A DNA stretch of 64,000 nt from Salisapilia sapeloensis CBS 127946 (taxonomy: Eukaryota > Protista > Oomycota), in NCBI GenBank assembly GCA_023334545.1, contig JAADVB010000029.1:1-64000 (forward strand), in the 5' to 3' direction. The notes under the pieces are model-generated. The model was not told the DNA's origin and did not search any database. It worked only from the letters and a program-made list of their open reading frames with translations. Shown in pieces: positions 22,549 through 32,709 of this stretch. A program made the translations under genes and the position numbers. The first letter of the stretch is position 1; each line of letters opens with the position of its first letter.

Positions 22549-24025
22549 ATGCAGCTGTGCGACCTTCAGGATGAAATATTAGCACGCATACTAGGCATCT
22601 TAGGTACAAGAGATTTAGCAGCGGCTACAGTAGCGTCCAAGTATATTGCAGTGAATATACTGCCCAACTATCCCATATGGAAGGAACAATTCATCCGACG
22701 ATGGCACCACATCAACTTTAACTTGCGACAGGAAGACGAGGAGATTGATTTAGTACTAAATGGGCATCTACGACGTCTATTCCCAGCGTATAATACATTC
22801 ATAGCAGAAGAAAATGCGTTGTAATGACGAGTGATGTCGTGTAGGGAGTACTCCGAGAGCCGAATGTACCAAATACTGACGCATGGAATCCGACCGGTTC
22901 CTTCCAGCATGAACATTTACAGTCCACATGATTATACCAACCACTCTAGACTCAAGTACGCTGCTATTCTGTCTTTGACTATATAGAGAAGAACTTATAT
23001 CGAGTACTCTAGCTTCGTAAACGCGAGTGCAGAGGATGAAATGGCGAATGAGTTTCCAGAGCGTGTGCGTGACTTTGCCTACGTAGGACAGACACTTGGT
23101 GATAATCGAACGGTACCGGCAAACTGCCCATTTCGGAAGAAATTCCATATCGCTGTCTTTCGACGACATGCGAGCAATAGCAATCGGCGTTTGTATCATG
23201 TTGGCCTAGTGACTGGTGGTTACTTTGAGCTGACCATTTCGCCAGACACCATTGCTATTGAAGCCAATCGTCACGGTCAGCGTGATACAGTAGCCATTGG
23301 AGTCGCTGCTTTTGGCATGCAACGTGGAAATACCATGCCAGGATGGCATCGACTGGGCGTATCCAACCCAGTGTCCATTGGATACCACGGTGACGACGGC
23401 CAACTCTTTGTCAACTCCAATGTGGTATGCCTATACCATGTCGATTACCAAACTCTGTTCTAAGTGTCGCTTGTATGGCAGGGACAACCGTTTGGACCGC
23501 ACTTTAGTGTCGGAGACACCGTCGGCTGTGGCCTACATCGCAATCCGACGTTCTTTTCTACTCGAACTCGTCTACTGTTTACACTCAACGGACAAGAAAT
23601 CCCACGTATGTATCAAGTCAACTCTTGTACTTTTCATAATGTCCTTCTAACGACGACTCATCTAGTCCCTGGTGGCCGATTGCCGCCACTGCAGAGAGAT
23701 ATGTACCCGGTCATTGGCATCGATTGTCTCAATATCATCTCGGTCAACTTTGGACAACGACCTTTTCTTTATGACACAATCGTCGGTAGGTATAAACATC
23801 AAGATATCTTCACGACTAGTACTTATGTAATGTCTAGACGAATTGTTTGAGCTTATGGACGACTTGAATGCGAGTCCCTTACGAGACATATACTGGCAAG
23901 CAATCAACGACGATTTGATGTTCCCTCAAGTCGATGAAAGCTTCCAAGCGCACGACATGGATGACTTTCCGATGCAACTTGGACCTGACATTGCTCAATT
24001 TACTCAATACCTCGTGCGTGAATAA
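22549..24025 (+). CDS. F-box-like plus SPRY/B30.2 protein, paralogue B; 6 exons
   Basis: N-terminal CDLQDEILARILGIL..PIWKEQFIRRW; SPRY motifs GYFELTI, TVAIGV, PGW..IGYHGDDG, FSVGDTVGCG, FTLNG, MYPVIG..VNFGQRPF; five introns (the acceptor of intron 2 is uncertain). Confidence 0.8.
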
Positions 24026-24087
24026 AGATAACTCGATGGATTGTGAACGTCATTTTCAGCTGCATGCGTACGTACATGAGCATCCGA

Positions 24088-27000
24088 CTATCTTTCCTCC
24101 TTGTTTATTTTCTGAAGAGGAGATTCTCGGAGAGCATTCAACTCTACTTTTAATGTTTCATTTTGACTCTGCAGCGTTCTTATTTGACGCCGAAGAGATG
24201 CTATCTCTGCATCCTTTGTATCATCTGAAGTTGCGGCCATGGATGTGAAAGCAGCGTTCGTAGCAGACGCCAAGTCCGCTCGTAGTCGTAATTGCTTTTG
24301 ACTATCGATCATACTTCCTTGCACGTCTGGTTCGTCAAGATATGAAAAAAGGGCAAGAACGATTTCAGCACTTGCATCAGCCATAGTATAGTCTGTCCAG
24401 ACAATGTTCGCAAGATGCCGCTTCCTGCGTTTCGAGTCCACACGGATGCCAACTTTTTGATAAAATGCTTTCCGCATCTTTTTCTCTACACGTCTACGAA
24501 GCCGATCATATAGCTGTTGTCTCTCTGCTTCCAATAGCTGAAGCGGAGATATCGAAGATGAGTCTTTAGGACCTCCAAGTCGGCTTGATCGATCAAAGTA
24601 CGACAAAGAAGTCAAGTATCCTCGTCTACTACTCGGGCTCACCATCTTTGGACTCTGTCCGTCACTCGGTAGCTTATCCATTCTTTGTAGTCGCAGTACT
24701 TCTTCCGCAAGTAGACCAAGGCAGAAGAAGTCTGTGCTGTTAAAGGTAAGCCAGAATTTAGATCGATAGAGTAATGGCGTGTGACGAGTATTCCAAGCCT
24801 CGTAAATCTTCTGGCGTGTCGTCTTAAACAGAGTTTGTTTCCACTCTTCTGTTTTCTTTCTCGATAAAAAGCCCCGTGCACAACTCTGTACGCGAACCAC
24901 AAGCCGTCGAACATGATGAAATGCCTTCTTACGCTTGTATCCTCGCCATTGTGCTTGGAATTGTCGAAAGCCATTGACTGCTCGGCGATAGCGAAGTCTG
25001 AGTAGACACGCCCGGACAAAAATCTGGATCGTGGACGCAGCTCTACGCATGCTCAGATATAGTTCTCGAGCTTTCATCGCCCTGTGCGCTGCTTGTAGTA
25101 TGGATACACCACGCCGAAGTTTTTGATAGGATGTTCGATCAGCTTGCATTTGTAGATATGATCGATACCATAGCTGGATGCAAATACTAGCATGCTTCAT
25201 GTCTAAGAATGCGTCTCGATCTCGAAACATGCGATACTGAGCTTGTAAATGAATAACAAGCTGTATTACTTCTTCCCATCCAGACGTCTTACTCATCATT
25301 GTCTTGGACGGTATACGCTTTGGATGTAAATCCACCTGTGATACATTCCGAAGTTTCTCGCTCGTGGAAAACAGTTCTCGCGGGTGACGAATTTGTCCTA
25401 CCAAACTTTTCTTCAGGATGGGAAAGAATGGATAAGTATACATGGTGCTGTCTGAATGAAGTCCTGCCATAGATGGCGGTGGTGCAATGAACGTTTCTTG
25501 AATATCATCCGAAGTGTCTTCAAGAAAACTGCAGTCTAGTTTCTTCTTTCCCAGACTCTTATACCGATTTAGTTTCTGGTTAATCGAATGATCAAAAAAC
25601 AAAACTTCCGGTAACTCTGGATTGAAAACGCGGTCTTCGAGGAACCGGCGGAACATCTGAGTAGCTATTAATTGTGTCATGAACTCTTTAGATCCAGCAT
25701 CCGTGTTTTCACGAAGAAACGCATCGTCATCAAACAATGGTTCCTTCTTTCCGTCCGGCATGTCTGCAGCATTAAAATTGACGTAGTTGACGTACTTCTT
25801 TAGTACTGCCACAAAAAGACGAAGGAATGCTCGACGAATACCATCCGAAGAGAAAATCGACGTCTCATTCGAAACACTTTCGACCAGACCAGTGGGTAGT
25901 TCAGGTCGAGCTTCCTTCGTAGGAGGCACAACGCTTGATCGTCTTGTGCCTGTAGCAAAGTTTTTGAGTGATGACATATTCATATTTGCCATGGAAGGGG
26001 CATGATGCAACGTGGTTGAGCTTCCTCCTGCACTTATCTTGCGGTTCCATTTTGATCGAGGGTAGTTGGAAGTAAACGACTCTTTCAAATTGGATTCGGA
26101 AACGGTCTTGGATAGAGATACGGTCTGTCCAAACTCTGCTGCGTAATGATCAATCGGTTCCAAGTGCTCATCGTCAGGGTAAGCCAGATCTACTTTATCA
26201 ATTCCAGCAGCAAAAGGAGCAAAGACTTTGGCACATTCGCTCAAACTTGCTCGGAGCTTACTTGCCTCTCGATCTGGAAGCTTTGGTATCAGCACTTCAC
26301 ATCCGTACTCATCGATCGCAGGTGTCACTCGATTGTGATCCAAGTCCACAAATATGACACCGATCGTGTTCTCTACCCGGCTTAAGCAGTCTGCGTGTAT
26401 GCCAACAATAAATGGTACAGGTGCTTCGACAACGTCAAGTAAGCTGACTGGAAGCACAGGGATATAGGCGCCTTGCCAGGAAAAGGGAAGTAAGAGTGAA
26501 AGTAGTGTCTCGGCGACAGGTGTCAAAAGTGAAATGTGTTTCGAGTAGAACACAATCTTGTATTCTAAAGCAGCGCACGTGAAGAGGGTCAGGACATTAT
26601 TGATGTCGAGCATTTGAAATAGTGACCGAAATCCAAAATCCACGAGAGGAAAGCCATTTCGTGGTGGACGTGAGATGATAAGATTTCGATCAGGTAGGCT
26701 TAGTTGGACTTGAATCTTTCCCTGCGGCGGCAATGGGACTTCACTCACAAAGTTGCTTATGTACCTCTCCAGAGGAATGGGAGATCCGAACAACGTTACT
26801 CGATAAATGAGTTGTAGAAACTGTCGAAAAGCAGTGTAGTATGGATAATGCGAAGCAACCATAATACACTTTGGGGAAAATACCCTACCAGGATCATTGG
26901 ATGACTTGCTCGACCAATCTTCCATCCATGATGGACATTCCACTTGTTGCTGTGTGGCCTTACGAGGTGATCTACTTTCAAAAATGCGACTAGAACGACT

Positions 27001-27963
27001 TTGTACTGCTGGCTTGGAAAATAAAGCGAAGATTTCCAATGGGTGAAGCTCTTCATAAAACTGTAGGGCAGTCACATACACTCGAATGCCGAGGGTATTT
27101 GTCAGTACAAACGAAAACAGTGTTGGTGGTGCATAATCTTCTCGTAGCTGAAAACCTTGTGGGAAAGCAAATTGGGAGATATGGGGTGGAATTGGATCGT
27201 CCGGTATGGACTGTGGGTACGAGTCGATCACGGCTGGTAGAAAGCGCAAGTCGGTTGGCCCATTCGTGTTCTCTAGCTTTTGCTTCTTGGCCAAGCTACC
27301 ACGCCCTACACTGATAAAGTAATTGGCAAAGCGTTTGGTAACCTCAACGACGCCACCAGGACTCGTCTTCTCTTCGGACACTCGATCTTTCACTCCCGAC
27401 TTTGCCATGCTGCCGTGAGTATCTGGTAAAGCGGGATGACGAGTCGTGTCTTCCTTTTGTGCTGATTGAGGCTGTGGGAAAGTTGCCATTGGAGGCGGAG
27501 TAGCAAACTTTTTGTGAATATACTTGTCTCGGACGAACTGAACTCGATGGTCACCAGTCGAAGTTGAAGATAATGCGATAGATGGGTCTGCCTCGATCCA
27601 TACCAGTAGATATTTGCCATAAACATCATCCACTTTCTTATTCCCGGATACCATCGCGTCGATTTCGTTCTCGCTCCAAGTGTCCAATTGGACACACTTG
27701 ACACGCGAATCTTGCATTCCTAGCTCACGATGACTTCCGGCACATTCAGCACATAGGAAAGCACCAAACGTAACGCTCGCCCACACTGGGTCGGTGAGTG
27801 CAATCCTACAATCAGCACAGCGCTCATTTTCCGGAAACGACCGATAGATGCGCAGCAGACGATGGCTCATGTCGATCTCATGGTTCGAGCTGGTCGCGGA
27901 CAAGCTTGGCTTCTCGAACTCGGACGTATCCGAAAAGCTCTCTACTGCAGGTATTGGTTCCAT
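24088..27963 (-). CDS. ArfGAP plus tripartite DENN plus IQ motifs plus DUF3490-like C-terminal domain
   Basis: ArfGAP CADC..WASVTFGAFLCAECAGSHR; uDENN/cDENN/dDENN (QFAFPQG, FSFVLTN, PKCI..SHYPY, LEYKIVF..LL.PF.WQGAYIPVLP, APVPFIVG, TQMFRRFLEDR); several IQ motifs. First ATG is at 27963 (the ORF track starts at TTG 28032). Confidence 0.88.
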   Translation of the reverse strand: MEPIPAVESFSDTSEFEKPSLSATSSNHEIDMSHRLLRIYRSFPENERCADCRIALTDPVWASVTFGAFLCAECAGSHRELGMQDSRVKCVQLDTWSENEIDAMVSGNKKVDDVYGKYLLVWIEADPSIALSSTSTGDHRVQFVRDKYIHKKFATPPPMATFPQPQSAQKEDTTRHPALPDTHGSMAKSGVKDRVSEEKTSPGGVVEVTKRFANYFISVGRGSLAKKQKLENTNGPTDLRFLPAVIDSYPQSIPDDPIPPHISQFAFPQGFQLREDYAPPTLFSFVLTNTLGIRVYVTALQFYEELHPLEIFALFSKPAVQSRSSRIFESRSPRKATQQQVECPSWMEDWSSKSSNDPGRVFSPKCIMVASHYPYYTAFRQFLQLIYRVTLFGSPIPLERYISNFVSEVPLPPQGKIQVQLSLPDRNLIISRPPRNGFPLVDFGFRSLFQMLDINNVLTLFTCAALEYKIVFYSKHISLLTPVAETLLSLLLPFSWQGAYIPVLPVSLLDVVEAPVPFIVGIHADCLSRVENTIGVIFVDLDHNRVTPAIDEYGCEVLIPKLPDREASKLRASLSECAKVFAPFAAGIDKVDLAYPDDEHLEPIDHYAAEFGQTVSLSKTVSESNLKESFTSNYPRSKWNRKISAGGSSTTLHHAPSMANMNMSSLKNFATGTRRSSVVPPTKEARPELPTGLVESVSNETSIFSSDGIRRAFLRLFVAVLKKYVNYVNFNAADMPDGKKEPLFDDDAFLRENTDAGSKEFMTQLIATQMFRRFLEDRVFNPELPEVLFFDHSINQKLNRYKSLGKKKLDCSFLEDTSDDIQETFIAPPPSMAGLHSDSTMYTYPFFPILKKSLVGQIRHPRELFSTSEKLRNVSQVDLHPKRIPSKTMMSKTSGWEEVIQLVIHLQAQYRMFRDRDAFLDMKHASICIQLWYRSYLQMQADRTSYQKLRRGVSILQAAHRAMKARELYLSMRRAASTIQIFVRACLLRLRYRRAVNGFRQFQAQWRGYKRKKAFHHVRRLVVRVQSCARGFLSRKKTEEWKQTLFKTTRQKIYEAWNTRHTPLLYRSKFWLTFNSTDFFCLGLLAEEVLRLQRMDKLPSDGQSPKMVSPSSRRGYLTSLSYFDRSSRLGGPKDSSSISPLQLLEAERQQLYDRLRRRVEKKMRKAFYQKVGIRVDSKRRKRHLANIVWTDYTMADASAEIVLALFSYLDEPDVQGSMIDSQKQLRLRADLASATNAAFTSMAATSDDTKDAEIASLRRQIRTLQSQNETLKVELNALRESPLQKINKEER

Positions 27964-28476
27964 TTGCAGCGAGTAGAGTAATGGTAATTCGAAAGTTTCC
28001 GTCAGTTCTCCTTTACGCACTCTATTTTTCAACAGAAAGTCGTTTGGGATATATTCAGGTCTGAACGTTTACGTGAAACGGTCAAACCTCTAAAAAATTT
28101 CTTATCAATTCAGTGAGACTGCTTTCCAATTATCGTAGCACTCTAGGAAGCGAATACTTGTAGCACATACCTCTAGTCCTCGTCAAGCTTGACAAGCATG
28201 TGCATCGTGCTTGCACTTATACTCAGAACGCATGTGTAATTAATAATAACTCGCCACATATAAATATTTGTATACATTATCGTTGTACACTTCTCAAATA
28301 TACACATGTCAAATTATCGTCTAGCGTAAAGTATGCTTCTCACGTTGAATGGCTCGCAAGCCTGACTGGCTGGGAACATTTCAACCTCAGTATCGCTTTC
28401 TCTCCAGGTAATGCGTGTAGCACGAGTATCTCCATCTCCCGATCCTAACTAGTCTTTATAGCATATAAAATAAGAA

Positions 28477-29502
28477 ATGGCCCCTGCGAAGAAATCGGCG
28501 AAGAAGACTGAAAAGCGTCAGAACGTGGAGCTTGCCCGTGGTGTGAACGCCATCTCGCGCAACGGTCTCCGTCGCACGAACGGCTGGAAGCACCCGAAGA
28601 CCCCGAAGAAGGTCAAGCAGAACGGTGCCAAGGCCCGTGTCTACCGTCGCTGGTACCCTGCTGACGACATCCCGAAGCCGCTCCAGTCGGCCAAGACCGT
28701 CCGCAACAGCAAGAAGACGGCCAAGCTCCGTGCTTCGATTACCCCGGGCACGGTCCTCATCCTTCTTTCTGGCCGCTTCCGTGGCAAGCGTGTCGTCTTC
28801 CTCAAGCAGCTCGAGTCTGGCCTCCTCCTCGTCACTGGTACGTTGCGTTATATGCTTCCCAATGATGCAAACTTGACATTCGAGAGGTCCATGGACGAAC
28901 GTGGCATGGTTCGCCATATCACTAGTAGTCTACTCTGGATCTTGTCATTCGTGAAAAGAAAAGGAGTGGACCGAAGATAAGTTTAGATTATGAGAGCTGA
29001 GGGATTTCCTTCTTTTATCTGTTCATATGACGCTAACGTACACTATTTAGGTCCGTACAAGGTGAACGGTGTCCCGATCCGTCGTGTGAACCAGGCTTAC
29101 GTGATTGCCACGTCTGCCAAGGTGAACCTCGAGGGCGTCACGGTCCCTGCCATTGACGACAAGTACTTCGCTCGTGAGCAGAAGCCGTCCAAGAAGTCCA
29201 AGGAGGAACAGTTCTTCGCCCAGTCCAGCTCCGTACGTTTCATTTCTTCTACATGCCAACGTCACCAGACTCTCGAGTCTCTATCAGCGCTTGGGATCGC
29301 TGTGGTGACGTAAAAGTTCCCGACTAGACGCTAACTTTACACCTTATAGACGGCCATCGTGTCTGAACAGCGCAAGAACGACCAAAAGTCGCTCGACACG
29401 GCTCTCCTTAAGAACATTGAGAAGGAGCCGCTTCTCAAGCACTACCTCAAGGCTAAGTTCTCGCTCACCAAGAACGACGCGCCTCACGCCATGAAGTTTT
29501 AG
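28477..29502 (+). CDS. RPL6: 60S ribosomal protein eL6; 3 exons, introns 28838-29050 (213 nt) and 29233-29349 (117 nt)
   Basis: [43 protein letters not shown]|[22 protein letters not shown], ..[19 protein letters not shown]. Confidence 0.97.
28857..29004 (+). ncRNA. Candidate intronic box C/D snoRNA (148 nt) in RPL6 intron 1
   Basis: C-like box ATGATGC (28862-28868), D box CTGA (28997-29000), terminal stem TCCC/GGGA, and an internal UUCG hairpin at 28901-28922 on a further stem. Confidence 0.5.
29259..29311 (+). other. Three-way-junction RNA structure in RPL6 intron 2
   Basis: Perfect 9-bp ACGTCACCA/TGGTGACGT stem enclosing GACTC/GAGTC and CAGCG/CGCTG stems. Confidence 0.55.
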
Positions 29503-29610
29503 ACAGTAGGACGTCTGAAACATTTCGGAGGAGAAAGCATTACGCGTGGAAAGAGAAATAAATTCTTCTTGATCACGTCTTATTCCAATTTCTGTTTCTT
29601 ATCCTTTCTC

Positions 29611-31515
29611 TTATGGTAACGACTGATAGCCATCACGACGATAGCGTTGACTGAAAGCCATGAAGGCAGCACCTATGACGAGCCCAACAGATACACCAGC
29701 TCCAATGTCCCAGTACCAACCAGACGTACGATCCTTTTCCACGTCTTCCTCTGGCGGATTGAACATCATAAAGTCATCCTTGATACACTCTTTCGGTTTG
29801 ATCGTATCTCCCGGCCACGAGCTAAAGCTACTCAAGCGTAGCCACCAAGCAGGATACCCAGGCGTCTCCATCTCTTCTGTTGCCTCACCTGTCGTGATGT
29901 ACCCGTCGCTATATTTCGCCACCAATGTCCATGCGAATTGCCACCAACGCGCCACGAGACTTTCCGCAAAGGCGTTTCGCGTCGACTGGAGGTACTTAAG
30001 TGCTGCCTCCGGTTCCATCATCAACGCCTGCTTCTCCGATTCTTTATATGTATCGAAAGCTTCCTGCTGGAGTACATCGATCTTCTTACGAACATCGGCA
30101 TGGATCGCATTGAAACGCATCAAGCTCCAGTTGTTCACAAAGTTGAATGCACGCCAGGCAGATTGGAAATCAAACGAGCTCTGTTTGCCCATGACAAAGA
30201 CGTCCGGCACAGCATCCTGCTGGCAAGAGAACGGTGTGTACACTGTCCCGTGAGGCGAACTCTGTCCGTACCATATCACACCTCCGATAGCGTCATCCAT
30301 ACTCCCTCTCGACTGCGTCACAAAGCTGTATATGGTACGGAAAATCGAGATCGGACGTTCCCATCCGCCTACGACACCATCGACATTCCCGTCGAAGCGG
30401 ACGGGTGCACCAAACGGTCCGGCAGCAAGACCTTTCGACAGGTCGTACTCGGTACCTTGATAATAGTCACGCAGAATATTCGAAACGCGTTCGACATCGA
30501 CCTTTTCCTCCGGTTTGACACTAAACGGGTATGTCTTGTACTGTGTGAAGAGACCGAGACGACTATCCAAGTGGAGAGACGGCGCCAACAAATCAAAGAC
30601 ACGCCAGACGCGACGACCAGTGTACAGAGGTCGGATCGGATTGTAGTCGACAAAGCCATACGCAGCGGTAAAGTCGATCGGTCCCAAGTCATCGTGCCAC
30701 CAACCCATCTCCTTGGCAAACGACACGATATTGTCTGACGCCATGAACATGTCTTTATCGTCCAAGTCCATCTCACGGATCATAAACCCGTTGGCTACCG
30801 CCGCTACTTCATCATCCGGTACACGCTGAGCAGCCCATACAGCACTACTGTTATCCGGACCAGTTAGTACGTGGAAGACCCACGCTTCTCCGTACTTGTC
30901 CGCGATACTTAACGCTTCTGCCGAGTCGATATACCCAGGATCATTCGGATCGCCACTATCTTCACTGTAGAAGCCATACTCGACAGCGAGGTCACCCATC
31001 GTCTGGATGGCGCAACGAGCAGAGTCACAGCGCTCTAACGCGACCTTGCTCAATTCAGCAATGCCAAACATGTTCCGACCTTGTGGCTGATCAAGTGGCC
31101 AGCCGACAGTACGGGCTCCACACGTACTTTCAGCGATACTCAGCTGATGCTCGTTGATCATACCATAGTCCTGGTCAAAGTACGCGTACGTATGGTCCAC
31201 TTGCGGAATGTATCCCAGTGGCGTCGTCACCACTTGGCCTTCTTCAGGAGCGTAACCAGGACCACGTTCCTCCGTCACGAGACGAGGGTATCCTCCGAAA
31301 AATTCATACACAGCTCGTTGGGAACCTGGCGGATGGTCCATCGCAGGTACGAGAACGATTCGAACGTCCGCAGCGCCACCACCAGCATCGTCAGTATGGG
31401 CGATCATGGCGGCACCATCAACCGTCGCATTGCGTCCGATGGCGATCATGGTACATCCATCCACGACAGACTGGAGAGCTACAAGCGCCGCAGTGAGTGC
31501 ATATACACTTCGCAT
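29611..31515 (-). CDS. Peptidase C69 (dipeptidase A/secernin-like Ntn hydrolase), signal peptide and C-terminal TM
   Basis: Signal peptide MRSVYALTAALVALQSVVDG directly followed by the nucleophile CT; HTDD, INEHQLSIAEST, AESLSIAD-like motif and WAAQRVPDD; TM IGAGVSVGLVIGAAFMAF. Confidence 0.88.
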   Translation of the reverse strand: MRSVYALTAALVALQSVVDGCTMIAIGRNATVDGAAMIAHTDDAGGGAADVRIVLVPAMDHPPGSQRAVYEFFGGYPRLVTEERGPGYAPEEGQVVTTPLGYIPQVDHTYAYFDQDYGMINEHQLSIAESTCGARTVGWPLDQPQGRNMFGIAELSKVALERCDSARCAIQTMGDLAVEYGFYSEDSGDPNDPGYIDSAEALSIADKYGEAWVFHVLTGPDNSSAVWAAQRVPDDEVAAVANGFMIREMDLDDKDMFMASDNIVSFAKEMGWWHDDLGPIDFTAAYGFVDYNPIRPLYTGRRVWRVFDLLAPSLHLDSRLGLFTQYKTYPFSVKPEEKVDVERVSNILRDYYQGTEYDLSKGLAAGPFGAPVRFDGNVDGVVGGWERPISIFRTIYSFVTQSRGSMDDAIGGVIWYGQSSPHGTVYTPFSCQQDAVPDVFVMGKQSSFDFQSAWRAFNFVNNWSLMRFNAIHADVRKKIDVLQQEAFDTYKESEKQALMMEPEAALKYLQSTRNAFAESLVARWWQFAWTLVAKYSDGYITTGEATEEMETPGYPAWWLRLSSFSSWPGDTIKPKECIKDDFMMFNPPEEDVEKDRTSGWYWDIGAGVSVGLVIGAAFMAFSQRYRRDGYQSLP

Positions 31516-31880
31516 CTTCTCCTGGCAAATTCGGACGTGAAAGTGTGCTCGAGGTAGGAAATCGGATAGTGAGTCCGATGCAGGCAGAAGGTGGCTGACG
31601 CATCCAGACTTTGCGCATTGTCTCATTATGTTTAACACATTTTAAGGTGAGTTCCGCAATATTATGCTACAGTAACCGACAGGAACGGCCGCGACGGTTG
31701 GAGGCGATACTCCTCACTTCATGCGACGATGCACGTCAGAATAGAATAAACTAGATCGTATCCGGTATGTGCTGCCACGTACTTGTAGAGATGGAATCTT
31801 TAGGACAGGTGCGTTAATAAAAGATCGATGGGATATGTTATACCGGAATACACTTAAGATCGACACAACCGAACGAAGCG

Positions 31881-32700
31881 ATGGCGATGCGGCTTATGCT
31901 CTTGTTTTGTGCTACTTTAGCCTCTCTCTTCCTCTTGTCGACGGATGCTTTTATTACCAAAGTCCCTGGGAAATCCCAGTCTTGTTTCTACGAGTACGTA
32001 CGTACGAAGAGAACGGCGTTCTTGAAAGTACAAGTGGTGGAGGCAAAAGATCGATATGATATTCGATTGAAAGCCTACGGTCCTTTCCGTGATCATCCTT
32101 CGGAAGATGACCAGAGCATGTCGTTCTTTAACGAAGTAGTGGAAACGCCGCAAGAGGGACAAACGGCGAACATGCAGCACAATGGATTTAACTTTGATAC
32201 GGAACACCGTGGAGGATACTACAAATTCTGTCTGGATAACTCGCATGCCTCGCATGAAAAGAGCGTCGAGTTCTTCACGTCCTTTGACCTTACGGCCAAA
32301 GACGATCTAGGACATGAAGATGAGATGGAAGCGTACATCAAGAAAGGTATAATCGTCACATAAATCTCCATAGCACAATCTAACAGGCATTCGTAGAGCA
32401 CATGGAAGGCGCTAAGAAGTCTTTAAAGCATTTGAAGGAGCTCTTGGGCCAAGTCCAGTCGGAGCAAGGATACTACCGCTCCCGTACTTACCGTCACCAG
32501 CAAAGTATATCTTTTATAACCATTCTTAGTTATCCTGTACTGATAATCTACTTGTAGCATTGGAAAGCAACGCATCTCGCGTCGTCTGGTACACTCTCCT
32601 GGAGATCCTGACGCTTGGCATCTTGTACGGCGCGCAAAGTTTCTTGCTTCACAAGTGGTTCCAAGACCGTGGTTTCCTCACCAAACGCCAGTGGGCTTAA
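31881..32700 (+). CDS. p24/emp24/TMED cargo receptor (GOLD domain); 3 exons
   Basis: Signal peptide, GOLD cysteines (SCFYE..YYKFCLDN), coiled coil, RHQQ|TLESNASRVVWY, TM and short cytosolic tail; stop at 32698-32700. Confidence 0.88.
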
Positions 32701-32709
32701 GAAACAAAG

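Noticed and set aside
28874-28890. U14 snoRNA identity for the RPL6 intron RNA (ACATTCG)
   Set aside because: Only about 6-7 nt match U14 domain A (CAUUCGCAGUUUC), and domain B before box D is absent.
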